Source: Haliotis rubra (Eukaryota). From it: DNA of 64,000 nt. Under the pieces are notes generated by a model. The model had not been told where the DNA came from. It saw only the letters and a program-made list of their open reading frames with translations, and did no database searches. A program made the position numbers and the translations under genes. The stretch's first letter is position 1. Each line of letters opens with the position of its first letter. Of the stretch, positions 1-13,002 are shown piece by piece. Where the stretch lies: assembly GCF_003918875.1 (NCBI RefSeq), contig NW_025766969.1, forward strand, positions 2,232,001-2,296,000, read 5' to 3'.

Positions 1-2453
1 TGTCTGTTTAACTCATTTTTTGCAACAGACTGTAATAAGAAATCTGTGCCCGGGTAATTCTTTTCGAACTGGCCTTTTTTCAAAAGTTTTAAATTAATTC
101 TTAAAATTACAAAAACACACATATAAGTCTGTATAGTTCTAACAGTTTAGTGCGAGTACAGTTCATTTTTTAAAATAAAGGCAACTTACCATATATCAAT
201 TGAAGATGAAACATATGATAAAGTCAACTGAAAGTTCAATTCACTTCACTTCAATATCAAATCTTTTCGAGAAGTTGTATTACATTCAAATACTTTCTCA
301 TTTGTTTAACAATCTGTATATAATTACTTTATGAATTGCATCAAATACAATCACAAAATAGACTCCCCTGTCTAATTTCCTACCTTTGAACAACTTAAAA
401 TACGTGTATCAATTTTAGACAAACATAATACATCTTTATACCAAACATTCAGTTTCATACTTACAGTTGCGAGGAAAGCTACACCGTCCAAACAAAATCA
501 AACTGTTACAATGTATAAACACACCTTCTTACCTGTGCGTCGACGGCTTAGAATGCCCTGTCTCCTTCAGAATGGTTGTCAGACCAAGACCATGACGTGA
601 CCTTCGGGTGTTTATCTTCATAATGTCTGTATAATATATACTGTATCTAGAGACAAACACCATTAGAAGGTACTTTATACGCCTTGGGGCAATGCACTCA
701 TCGTATTTCCCTATAAACACACTACATGTTAATGCATGCTTTTTGTAAACATACGAGAGTGTCCATGTGTCGGACTTAGGGACCGCGTATATCGATCTGG
801 AGTTCGTCATCGTGTTATATGATTTATCTCATTACTAAAAGCAAACGTGATCAAAAATCAATACACGGTGCACAGACGAAAGAAATATATTGTGAAGAAC
901 GGCTGCCACAAATCTCATGCAGATTAATTAACAAGGGTGAATGCATTTCTCCTCCCCAACACCACACTAATGAGGGGCACATACACGTGATGATGTATTA
1001 ATTTGATTCACACCCTTTCCCTCGTGAGCAGTTCAGTGTGATAGAAACGGGGTTGGTTTCAGCCGACTTCCGTTTTATCAGATCATGTTGCGACAAATGC
1101 GATTTCTCTTCCATTAACTAAAAATTAATGTTTGTTTGGTAGGTTTGGTTTTTATGGAAACTATTTGTGCCACAAACAAACCACAGACTCGTACAAAAAA
1201 GAGTGTCATGGGTATCTAAATGTGTATCTTACAGTGTGATGCTTGTAGCTTTTTGTTCTCATCTATATGATTGGACTCGGCGATACCAGATAAATTCCAA
1301 CTCACTTTTACAGCGTCAATGATATTGTCCAAATTTTACACCGACATTGTGTATGCCAACAATAGGTAACTGTGCAGAGAAGTTCGAGGGTCGAATCCGA
1401 CGAGGATGGCAGGGGAATCCACATGCACAGACTCTGGCAGTCTGAGGCACAGGCCCTCGTGTCTATTCAGGGATTAAAGATTTTTAAAATATATATATAA
1501 ATTTGAGATGACCCCCGACTCGAACTAGCCCTCTGTAGTACTGGCTAGCGAAAAGTTATCGCCGCTTAACAGTTATCGCCAATACATCAGTATCACACGT
1601 GCGCAGTTCCGGTCAATTACAATTCCGGTATTTATTTGACAGCAACAAAGGACAGCAAAAGAAAATTCTTCACGGTAAGTAACATAAGAGAAAAATTAAA
1701 GATAAAGTCATGAACCCTATAAAAATAATTAACTTAGTCGGGGGGATGTCCCACGACCTATATAATAGAAAGTTCAAGTTCACAAATGATTAATTGTTTC
1801 ATTCCCTATCAATGTACTGTAAAAGAAACACTCAAATAATCACACAATCAATTATTCGAGGTTACTGTATGATATAAATATATATATTATTCACGAATGA
1901 CATGAGAAATTCTAAATGGCGATAACTGTTACAGTTAGTTGTAAGTAAACATCTATTTCTACTGCCATGATTCCCTTCCGCCGGGTCATATAAAACATGA
2001 TCGGCGGCAGTGAACGGGCTGGACACATCGGTGGATAGCTAATTAAGTATCATGATTAATTTTGTTTCATTAATTTAACGAACGGCTGACTAATTTTGTA
2101 AATACCGCTAAAATACGTCGATAACTGTTCGGTAGCCAAAGGTAAGCTAAAATACAACCAAACAATTAACGGGGTAGAATCGGATTACACACTATCCTCA
2201 AGGTGGCATGGCACTCGGAGCATCCTTAGCAAAGCAACAGTTCGACAGCAAATGTCATTATACAGACAACGAAATCTGATGTTACTATGAATTTATTACT
2301 TACATATAAGTGCAAGCGTTTTTGCAAAAACAATTAGCTTGACTTAAACCACAGGAGTCTTTGCAGACACATAATTTGTATCATGTAATACAGGGGCATG
2401 AAAACAACAGAGCCTCTGGTTTTTTTATTTCCTAAAGATTAATACATGGAAAT

Positions 2454-5400
2454 TTAACGTGGACGAACATAAAAGTCATACATGATCTTGATGAGGATGA
2501 AGAATGCAGACAAAAGGGTAAACCTTTGGTGATAACCTATCAGTCTCAATGCCTCAGCTCTCTGACGAAAGCGGAAGAACCTTGACACCTGGGACCCCTC
2601 CGATCCTCTTCTGTGAAGACAGTATTCATTCCTATGGGACTTTAACACTCCATCACATGTACCAGCACTACCGTCTCTACATGCATTACACCCTAGACAT
2701 TGGTTCCCATATTCCCCTTTCACAGGCATGCCACGAGTAGATGCTAACACATCCTTTAGGATGCAGGGACCTTGGGCTGACACTGAAGGAGAATGATGCT
2801 CATGTTTCAAGATTCCTTCTCTCTGGTTAGAATCACAACGTGCACTCTTTTTGGAGGATGTGGGTTTCCTGGTATGGAATTTCGTTGTCTTGCCATTCTT
2901 GGTCTCCCCTTTGTCTATAACAATGTGGTTCCTTTGGCCGGAACTTGAGTGTGGTGAGGGATCCCTAGAGGAAGATGGTTTCCCGGTGAAATCTGTTGGG
3001 GTGAGTACATTTCATAGTTAGTTAGTAAGCTATGTAACTGGATAAAACAAACCAATGATTGACTGCATGAGAATCATAGGCGGATCCGGGGGCTGGGTGG
3101 GTGTGTGTGTGTGTCAATGACCATTGAAACTCGGGTGAAAATGAAGTGTGCACCCTCCCTTTTCTCAATAGTGTGCACCCCCTCTTTCTCAAAACGCTGT
3201 ATCCGCCCCTGAGAATACGATTAAACTTTATTATCCATTCGTCACCACTCGCCCCTTTCCGTAACCGCCATTCGGCTTGTCCCGGAATAACACGAGTTGG
3301 TCACGAATGTTTATTATCATGGGCGTTGGCCTAGTGGTTAAAGCATTCATTCTTCACCTGGGGAAGACCCCCACATGGGTACAATGTGTGAAGCCCATTT
3401 CTGGTGTCCCCCCAGCTGAAATATTGCTAAACGGGGAGAACTCACTCACTCACTCACTCACTCTATTTCCATTATATGACTTTTACAAGCCATGCTGATA
3501 TGATCAACAAAGGAGAATGTTCTATGGATATACAGAGTCTTCATTACAACGCATTTGGTGTTTTCCATCAAGTGTTGCAACACTGTTATCAAGATGTATT
3601 TAAGAAGTTGTACATCCTTAGAACTATCTCAGCAGTCATATACACTATTTAAAACGCCAAAAGAAACGTTACCCTCCTACATTTATGAATTACTGAAAAA
3701 CTATCAAAGATATGTTAGAAGGTATTAGTTTACAAGAAAGCTTAACAACACAGCTTTATGCAAATCACGAAACAAATTCTCAAATGCATTCATATTTAGG
3801 TGAAATGCATCTTTTTCGTAAGAGTTAAATTGTCCTATTTTCGTCCATGCCGAAATAAACCAATAACAGTGATTTAGATGTCAACAGAAAGGTTGAAATA
3901 AAATTCTGGGTTGAGACAAAGATAAACCATTTAAAGTCACAATTTTTCAACTATTAAAGCAAATAAACAACTGTTGTAGAGTGTGTAAAATTGTAAAATA
4001 ATCATTCCTGTGATTTCCGTCTTTTAAGACATTTTCTGCTGATTTGCATTAGTGAAAACACGTAAAACGTGTCTTTGATATTGTGAAAAAATATTTAGGA
4101 ACATCTAAAATTATTTTTGTTGACATTTTTGCTTGCAAAGTAACATTTTTCCATTTTCGGTTCACACATAGCAATATCAATCGGCAAAACGCAGCAGTAT
4201 TCAAGCAGTATTTGCATCCATTTCACATGCAGAATGATTCTATAGGGTATGCAGAGAGCCTAGAATACATGATATGATACACAAGTACGATATGCCACGA
4301 TTAACAGCTGAAGAGAGAGAAAGAGCCATTGTAATGAGGTCGACATACAATGCTGTTGCCAACGCCCTCGGATGCCATCGTATCACGGTTATAAGACTTA
4401 TTCAGGGCTTCTGACAGAGCGGGATCACCGCAGACTGACCAAGAAGTGTACATCCACACATCACAACGCCAGCTGAAGATAGGTACCTCCTTCATTAAGG
4501 AAGGAGGGTAACGTTTCTTTTGGCGTTTAGTGTATGTGGAATAGTGCTGTATTGAACAACAATCAAACCTCGTAAGTCCTAACCCTGAATCTCTAATTGC
4601 AGTAGTCCATAAATGTTCATGACAAGTGGCAAGTCCTAATTTACACTGGCAATCTGTGAGGGCTCCCTGTTTTTCCTACATCGGAAAAGTTATATAAACC
4701 ATTGGTCTGAGACCAGCTATAGACAAGTTTGATCTGGATCGTAGTTTCCATAATAAAATCAGTAAGAAGAATCCACAGTGAGACAAGTCAACGAAAAATG
4801 CATTTGTGCAACCATAACATTGGTAAACAAAACCACAGTCTTTACTCACTTCCTTGTTTAACCTGTTCTTCTGGAGGTTTTTTAATCAGATCATCCAATA
4901 TCTTGATGGTGTTGTAGTTTCGATCAAAGTCTCGTGAGATGGTATCTCGGACGCTTTCTCCGCCTGACCATGCGACCTCAAGCTTGACCCACTGACCAGA
5001 CACGTTCAAAGACCTGTTGGTCCTCTCTTCCCAACGGATTACCTTAACAAGATAACACAATCATAATCCATGCATTTCGCCAAATACGCATCGTTCATAT
5101 CCCCCAAAATGTTAGAAGAACCGTCATTATTCTACTATATAATTACTGAATGTGGGTACACCTGCTTTGATGAACATAATCTAGACTGGATTTTGTTCAA
5201 ATGTATAACTCCTCTCTTTGAAAATTAAATTAACGAAGAATCATTCAGGGCGTGTCTCGCACAGAAAGTTATTTATCCTTCTTGTTTTAAAGGTTGTTAC
5301 ATGTAATGCTGCTATATTCTATACAGTACCTCCTTCCTTTCTTTGTCTATAACCACAAGTTTCCACTCTATTTCAGTTTCATTATCGGTCACGAAAGATC

Positions 5401-5977
5401 CTTTCCATTTCCCTGATCCTCTAGGGTAGCAACTGTCCATCAGTACACAACCTCCAGGTTCCCAGCACCCCAGAGTCGGTGTCGAGCCAATAATACCTAG
5501 AACCTTTCCGGGAGGAGTGACGTAGTTTGTATACACGTCTACTTTACAAGTATTGAAAATGATGACTTCATTTTCCACATTCCATTCTGAATGGACAATG
5601 ACACTACACTTTTCGATTAAAAGTAGTCTTTCATTTATTGTTTCGCGCCTCTCTATTTCCCCGTCGTGACCAAGAAGAAGCCACGACCAGCGAAACTGTG
5701 TGTCGGTGGGTACCTTCAGGACTGCTTCCCAAACTTGTTTTACGCCGTCTCTGCTAGAGCCTTCAACAACTGGCAAACACCTCGCGCGCTGGTAAAGGCC
5801 TTGTTCATTTATAATCCGCCAATTTCCTAGCTCTGGAATAGAACCGACGATTGCTGGCTGCTCTCCATCGAGCCGAGCTCGCAAACAAACTCGGAAGATC
5901 ACTTTAACGTATTGTGGCGGCATGTGTGTGGCGTTTCTTCTCCCGTAAAGATCATAAACCGAAAAAGACGACGACAC
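2454..5977 (-). CDS. Tandem CBM20 (starch/glycogen-binding) domain protein, STBD1/genethonin-like; 3 exons, about 459 aa
   Basis: Exons 5977-5330, 5042-4850, 2992-2454 join in phase via GT-AG (1380 nt). There are two CBM20-like units: VIFRV..GEQPAIVGSIPELGNW...WEAVLKVP..FRWSW...ERRE and VDVYTNY..PGKVLGIIGSTPTLGCW...WKGSF..IEWKLVV...IRWEERTNRSL. The C-terminal part is low complexity with a hydrophobic tail. The 3' end is less certain. Confidence 0.8.
3236..3311. repeat. Dispersed repeat fragment, near-identical copy at 7476-7556
   Basis: cattcgtcaccactcgcccctttccgtaacc...ttcggcttgtcccggaataacacgagttggtcacgaatg occurs at both sites. It is probably the end of a non-autonomous DNA element. Confidence 0.7.
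3322..3462 (+). mobile_element. Degenerate tRNA-derived SINE (family A)
   Basis: ggcctagtggttaaagc head, tgtgaagcccatttctggtgtcccc core and (actc)n tail, matching the copy at 10042-10207. Confidence 0.75.
3641..4534 (+). mobile_element. Internally deleted Tc1/mariner element with transposase N-terminal remnant
   Basis: Terminal inverted repeats tacacta..aacgccaaaagaaacgttaccctcct (3641-3678) and aggagggtaacgtttcttttggcgtttagtgta (4502-4534), with TA ends. From ATG 4292 it reads MPRLTAEERERAI...VANALGCHRITVIRLIQGF*QSGITAD*PRSVHPHITTPAEDRYL, a Tc1 paired-like HTH with two in-frame TGA stops. Confidence 0.85.
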
Positions 5978-8257
5978 ATGCCGCCATTGTTGTTGTCAGT
6001 GGAGACGCGATCAATGTCAAGGACAAACAGAAAGTAGGGTTATCTCCCTTATTGCTCATGGCCCTGTTTTGTTTGTACGTTTATTTTACGCTGCACTCCG
6101 CAATACGACACCTAATATCGTGGCTCTGCATATAGTCTAGACCACACAATCCAGTGTTTGACATCATGACTATGGGTGATTGGTGACATATTTTAACTAG
6201 AACCCCTAGGTTCACATAGCTGCGCTCCTAGAAGTCATGCAGTAGAAAAACAGTCAATAACACTTTAGACGAGAGCAAAATAAAACGTCATAATTAAATA
6301 CATTCGCAATATGCAAATTCAAATGCTATTCATATGCGATTTCAAAGACGACCGACAATCATTGACTCTAGATGCTCTGGTAGAGACTGAAATAACTTTG
6401 TACTTCAAACAAATAGTAAGTTCTGGGAAAATATTGAAACAGACTGAGCATTTGATATCGATTTGTAGATCTGATGTTAGGCCAGCTGTATCTCAGCGTT
6501 GACTAAGTGATCATTTGAGCTTGTGGGGCAAAATTTTGTAGCTGGGGCAGTTCGACTGGTACCCATGAGATATATATTCAAAATCATAAGAGATTTCACA
6601 TGAGCTTAAAAATGTTTCGCTATAATGTTCGTTCCGGTTTGGAGCCCTAATTGCTGCAGTCTATCTGAAAAATTGCCGAATGTTACATTCATTGTTTTAC
6701 ATTTTGTTCAATTACGCACGTCAGCACCAAACTATTTGTCAATATAGTGTGTGTCGTGAAAGTTGTTCTGTATTCTCATTGGCTGACAAGATGTCATTCC
6801 AAGGTTATGACCATAACTATTTCCATAACCAAAAACTAGGGAAACATACATTGTCCTGACTAGTATTTTATAATTCACCAGTTTTCGGGGAATAACTTAT
6901 CTGCGTCGCTTATATTATCTCTGCTCGACCAGGCTGGGATCTTGTATGGAGACTTGATACGTTATTAACAAATAATTCCAGTGTAATTTCTATAGCACAT
7001 AATTTCTATTTTCTCCCGTCTGAAGCATAATGAAAAAAAAAATTAAATCGCAGACATCCTGTAGTCACCCATTTGACACAAAAAGGAACTGAGATCACAT
7101 TTCAAAAAAATGTGTTCGTAGGTATTGTTGATTTATATATAGGGGTAGGTATGCTGGTTTAATTGTATAACATTTTGCTGACAAATGATATGCCTAATAA
7201 ATTCTATGGTCTATTTTTCAAATTATTTTGACATCAAGTGGTGCCTCCGGCTCTTCACGGGAATATTGTCGTGCAAGATGTAAAATCGGACCGTATTGAT
7301 ACGGTGTAACATCCATTTCTGAAATGACATCAGGAACATTATTGCTTCAGAACCCATGGACTCAAAGAGGAAGTCATCAGCAATAGGCACATATGACGCC
7401 ATGTCACGTGATACACCCCTGTGCTCATTAACTGTCGGGTGTTTCCATAATATGCGGAAATACGAGTACGTTTTTCATTCGTCACCACTCGCCCCTTTCC
7501 GTAACCTCAAAGAAGTATTCGGCTTGTCCCGGAATAACACGAGTTGGTCACGAATGTACGTTTTTGTGTGTATTGCGATTTTACAAACCTCTTGTGATAC
7601 TTTAGTAACGGAGGGTGACTTTTAGGATGTTTTTTTTCCAAATATCAAAAATAAATTACGTTAGTATTCTCCTTTAAGAATACAGGATTCTCGTTATAGT
7701 GCACTCTTTCAGTCCAGTTCTACACACGGTAAATGTTGGAGCAGATATGGTTTGCCGTCCCTCCCATCTCAAAACATACACCCACCATACAAGATGGTAC
7801 TTTTTATCTACTCATACACTAACTGCCCCCACCTCAAGACACGCACGCGCATACACAGACACACACAAATATATACAAGAAGAAACCTACAGATTATTTG
7901 CTGCCACGCGGAATTCATACTTACTAAATTTACACATATACACAGATGTTTAGAGTATAACGTTACATTTTACCACGAACTCTCCAACGGATTGACGACA
8001 GTTTTCTAGGAAATTGAACTGGGTCACAAACGTTCTGACGAACAAGGAAGTCCTCTCCCATATGGCAGGACATATCACGTGGTCAGGATATCAGTTTGTG
8101 AAAACATTTGTAAACAGAAAAAGAGAAACAGTGACTGCGCAGTATAAACACATGTGTTTCGAAATGATCCTCCTTTGGTTTTTTCATCTGAAACATTCAA
8201 GCCGTTAGACAGCCGGTTAATGGCTCCATCGGGGAGAACTTGAAGGGAGATCAGTGG

Positions 8258-8352
8258 TGAAGCCCATTTCTGGTGTCCCCCGCGGTGATGTTGCTGGAAT
8301 ATTGCTAAAAGTGGCGTAAAAGCATACTCACTCACGCACTCACTCACTCACT
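8258..8352 (+). mobile_element. 5'-truncated SINE (family A)
   Basis: tgaagcccatttctggtgtccccc...gctggaatattgctaaaagtggcgtaaa followed by an (actc)n tail. Confidence 0.8.
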
Positions 8353-8699
8353 CAGATACTTCGGCCAAGTCACTTGCTTATGGGTACAGAACTATTATAT
8401 CATGTTATGTGGTTATAATGCTGGTAATTACTCGGGTATTATATGCTTGTATGCTTCAATGAAAGTTATATGATTTGTACGTGAAATATGTCACCAGTCA
8501 TTAATTTTTCGTGAATGTCAAAGCGGAAGTTTCTCCATTACGGAATTTGAGATGAGGCTTCGTAAACATCCTGGCTGCAACATGACACTTATATTCTGAT
8601 TGGTTGAAAACTAATTCCATGTTGAGATTTTTTCTGGAAAATACATTATATATAGGAGCATATAGTGTTTTGTTCACAGCCTCGAGCTATTTTGTGGCC

Positions 8700-11103
8700 A
8701 TGGCAACCACTGTTATGTTCCGACTGCTCCTTGCTGTGTGCTGCAGTGTCGTCTGCTCGGCCTGGCTGTTCAAGAAAGGAGGCGGTATTCAGTTGGCAGA
8801 CTATAGGAAGTAAGTTCGTCCATTATATCTTGAAACAATGTTGACAATCGGACTGGTTAGACCAATCCTATGACACATGCTCATGGTTCTGACTGATTCG
8901 AGTTTATTAAGTCGCCAGGATCTGCTAGATTGTCAATTCATCATTTTTAAAATTCTTCCTTCGACACTCCCTCTTACCTTTATCCCGATTAAGGGATGTC
9001 ACGAGTCTATTTGTTACATATCTGACCATGTAATTAAAATAGAAGTATTTTTTATAGCTAATTACAGTTTGACCCCCTTATAATGCAACCATTTCTCCAG
9101 GAACATGTATGTCGTTATAACCAGGGCGGTACTATATCCAGGTGTCACAAGATCCCAGGCTTTCTTTACGTAACGGTTGTTGATTGTTTGCAAGTTGTTT
9201 GATGCCAATATGATTTATAAAAAGTCCAAGGATTAACTGTTGATCAGCTTGACCAAAGTTATAAAGCCTCACGTAACTACTGAACTGATCAAAACAGACA
9301 TTTTGAACTGATCAAAACAGTTGATATGCCAAGTGGGCCTTTTGGCATTAAACTTAGCATTATAACCAGAGATATTTAATCTGAATTAATCTGGCAGTGG
9401 CATAACCAGTTTGGCGATATATCCAGGGTATTCCATTGGATGGAAATATACTACCCATCAACAGCTTAGACTCACTTAAAGCACTCACTATATGTTATGT
9501 ATATATGTATGGTTACATCGAAGATGAATTTCTCCACTAACTTGGGGGAACCAACTGAAAACCTTATGCAGATGAATTGCACGAGGATCATGCATCAAAT
9601 TGCTGTAAAGCATGTGCAAATATCATGCATGTGAACAGCTGCGTTTTGGTGTAAAGTTGTGTTACGAATTCGTCAATTTTCACCGAGTTTCATCGTTTAT
9701 TGAACTCATGACAATAATCTTTTCAACGTTACAAATGTGTTTTACAATACATCAGTTCAGGTGTAAACAGTACCTTTAAACAGTATGGGAAGTTTTGCAA
9801 AATTTATTTTAGAACAGTTGACTTAAGTAAATGGCTACATTTACACTAGTGAGTCTAAACTTTTGATGGGGAGTATATGTTCTTGAAAATTTTATGGTGC
9901 ACTGTATAACATGCGTGTTGAAGCACCACGTGGCTTCGATTGATAAAAAAATATGGACGTGAGAGAGGGTGGCCCAGCAGGTTCGAATCTCTGTTCTCCC
10001 CGACTGTGTTATCTTCATGAAGTAAACATCTAACACCTGCAGGGGCGGTGGGGTAGCCTAATGGTTAAAGCGTTGGCTCGTCACGCCGAATACCCGGGTT
10101 CGAATCCCCACGTGGGCACAATGTGTGAAGCCCATTTCTGGTGTCCCCCGCTGTGATGTTGCTGGAATATTGCTAAAAGCGGCGTAAAACCAAACTCAGT
10201 CAGTCAGTCTAACACCTGCATCAGCCAAACTCTAGCAGCCAAGCCGTGGTATTGTTCAAAACAGGGTAAAGTTAGCTCATTCATTATGAGTAGTGGGTTC
10301 ATCAAGAAACGCTGTTGAGTGTCGTAAAAACTGTTCCTATGTCGGCCTGGTTAAAGTAATATACAGTCGTTTTCAGAGATGAGACAATCAACTGATCTGG
10401 CTGTCGTCAGCAAACAAGGATTAGTCCCTTCTCTTGTTCATGATGCAGACTGACTAGTATTATAAAGAACAGTTTTCTGCAATATCGTATTTGTTGTTTG
10501 ATGTGCAAGTGATACATGGGAACTATTCTATATTACTTGTAATACTTGTTTTTTCTAAATTCATTTTTTCCCTGTTTGGTGTGGAGAAACTCTTTCGTCC
10601 GAAAAGAATATCCAGATTATCTCATTGGGAACTCTAATACCGCACTCATGATTTGTTAATGTGGAAATCTGTTGATAGGAATATTGAAAGACAGCATTGA
10701 CCAGGCAAAGTGACCACACCCCATGCGTGTGCAGGTTCGAACCCCGTCTTTTAACTGTAACATTACCGACCTGATCAACACAGTTTTGAAGTGTATCGTG
10801 TTTTCTTCCAGTTGTTTCTGCAAGGCTGTCAACAACCTGAACTACGCCGACATAAGGAGCGACTTCGGCTCCATACAGCGGTGTCGAGGCTTCCCGATTT
10901 GCGGCTGTCGCAGGTCGGCCATGATGACGTGTGGGACCCAGTGTGACAGGAAGGTGAAGGAGTGGGTGTGTCATCACAACTGTGGGGGGAATCCGGGCGT
11001 CAGTGGTGTCCAAGTGCGTGCCTACTTCACAGCTAGCACTTGTCATTCCAATACAGCGCATACAGTATATCAGTGTGGTTCCCAAATGAACTGTGCATTT
11101 TGA
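8700..11103 (+). CDS. Small secreted cysteine-rich protein, about 133 aa (signal peptide plus 12-Cys mature domain)
   Basis: Exon 8700-8809 (MATTVMFRLLLAVCCSVVCSAWLFKKGGGIQLADYR, donor AA|gtaagt, phase 2) joins exon 10812-11103 (acceptor ttttcttccag, phase 2): CFCKAVNNLNYADIRSDFGSIQRCRGFPICGCRRSAMMTCGTQCDRKVKEWVCHHNCGG...STC...YQCGSQMNCAF*. A possible extra phase-2 exon lies at 9101-9169. Confidence 0.75.
9449..9875. mobile_element. Tc1/mariner-type MITE, copy 1
   Basis: TIR tactacccatcaacagcttagactcact ... agtgagtctaaacttttgatggggagta, flanked by TA. The interior matches 14909-15333 in reverse orientation. Confidence 0.85.
10042..10207 (+). mobile_element. Full-length tRNA-derived SINE (family A) with 13-bp target-site duplication
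   Basis: A-box-like tagcctaatgg, B-box ggttcgaatcc, conserved core and (cagt)n tail. TSD tctaacacctgca at 10029-10041 and 10208-10220. Confidence 0.92.
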
Positions 11104-12019
11104 GACTGGTGGTGGCGAAGTTTGAAATAAAATTAATATTTTATACCCTCTTTTACAGACGTTTTATTTTCTGCATGCTCCATGACGCGTTAGGTGTGTC
11201 GATGTCACAATATGAATGTCCTCTGCTGTCTAAATATTGGAATGTTTTGGTCACGAATGAACATGGCCTTTGTCATAAAATGGGCAAATTGCGGATTTGA
11301 CATTATTAAACGAAATCAGGTTACAGGAAATATTATCTGTAAAATGTTTTTCTAAAGTTGGCACAGTAAAGAAAGAATGGCAATTTTTATGTAGGACCGT
11401 TCATTAATTGGGAAACTCTTTTAGTTAAGATTAACAATTCTACAATTTGTTTACCGCATTTAATAGTTTTCAAATTTGATGCATTTACGAGTACAGGGGT
11501 AGGTACATGTGTGTTTTCATGCAAATATATTCTCTATTTGGAAGTTTATCACCAGGCATACTGTGGTAATGAATGGAATTGTCTGTCTGTCTGTCTGTCT
11601 GTCTGTGTGTGCGTGCGCGTATAAAATGTCCATACTTCCTTGGTGTGTACATGATATATAAAAGAAAATAACAACCATGATGTCAAAATACTCTTAATTA
11701 TAAGCTTTCTCCCGTCTCCGGAATTTATCAACGCACAACTGTTAAAATGTCACCACAAACGCTCAGTTGACAGCTGATACGTTTCATGACACAACAGACT
11801 GACACTCACACACAGCTATGTCAGATGTTACAGAATGTTGTTACAGCATGTTATAGTTTATAACAACAGCTGAGCAGGTAAAGTATACAAACCAATTATC
11901 AATTAACTGACACATATTTTATTGACAAAAACGACGTCAAAAGGAATCGTTGAATCTACGAGGCTACACAAAAACGTGTATTTTTCATCAACACGATTAG
12001 GAATAGATATTGCTATGCA

Positions 12020-12020
<1 letters not shown>

Positions 12021-12058
<38 letters not shown>

Positions 12059-12092
12059 GACTACTACGACTACTAAATAATAATAATAATAA
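12021..12092. repeat. (ACT)n + (AAT)n microsatellite
   Basis: Direct reading of the sequence. Confidence 0.9.
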
Positions 12093-12812
12093 ACTATCGG
12101 CCTGATTATATGTAAAATGCAGATTGAACGACATTTGATTTTATTGTTTCAAGTAAGGGATTGAACATGTAATGACCGGAGACATTTTTTTAGGTATACC
12201 GGACCAAAGCCGTTTCTTCTGTTTTTTATAAAACCCGAGGTTAACATAGCCGACCTCAATGATGTGTACACGTTCATTTCTCATACAAACATTTATTTGC
12301 AACCCCATCCCTCACCAAAAACGCAGTCTAAGGTATAGGCATTACACTGCAAGTTTCCATGAGAAACAATATCTGGGGATCTGTATGTTTTAGCCGTAGA
12401 TACAATGTTTCTTTCATTAACAAACGTATAAATTTAGTATTATAGCAATGTTTCGATGTTACCTTAAGCCGCTGTCAAGGAAGGTACCTAATTATACCTA
12501 TATAGATGAATAATTCTTGTAACGTCATCATTATTGTTGTCAATATGTATTTTGTGCAGGTCACAATACATCCTAAATCACCTAATACCCCTACTTAAAA
12601 TTGAAGTGATTCTTATTCCGCCAGGCTGAACCTGTGGCTAGTACATTTTGCATTGACAGACATAATGGTTCATAGCAGTAATGTAGGCATCAGGCACACA
12701 AGACGTTTCAAAAGGATTCCTTCTGAATTATTCCCGAACGTGTTGCAGCACAAACAACTGATACAATAATTACAGAAGTTCAGCAGTAATATTCACAGTA
12801 GAACAGTGTTAA

Positions 12813-12928
12813 TATACTCATGCCAATAATGGTTGTCACCCCCTTCAATTTTTTTTAGGTGTAAGGTGTAAGGTTTGTGTGGGGTTGGGGTGGGAAGGGG
12901 GGTTACAACCATTATTGGCATGAGTATA
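12813..12928. mobile_element. Short MITE / foldback element
   Basis: tatactcatgccaataatggttgtcaccccctt ... aaggggggttacaaccattattggcatgagtata are inverted arms of about 30 bp with TA ends. Confidence 0.75.
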
Positions 12929-13002
12929 TATAATAATCAATAGATTTGTTTACAGTTTTGCATTGGAATGGCATAAAATATGTAATCAATCGTTGAAAGC
13001 TG

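Noticed and set aside
10711-10713. In-frame TGA upstream of the Cys-rich ORF as possible selenocysteine
   Set aside because: The phase-compatible acceptor is at 10811, so this TGA is intronic. No SECIS was recognised.
10561-11085. 174-aa minus-strand ORF
   Set aside because: It is the antisense shadow of the GC-richer Cys-rich exon and has no recognisable motif.
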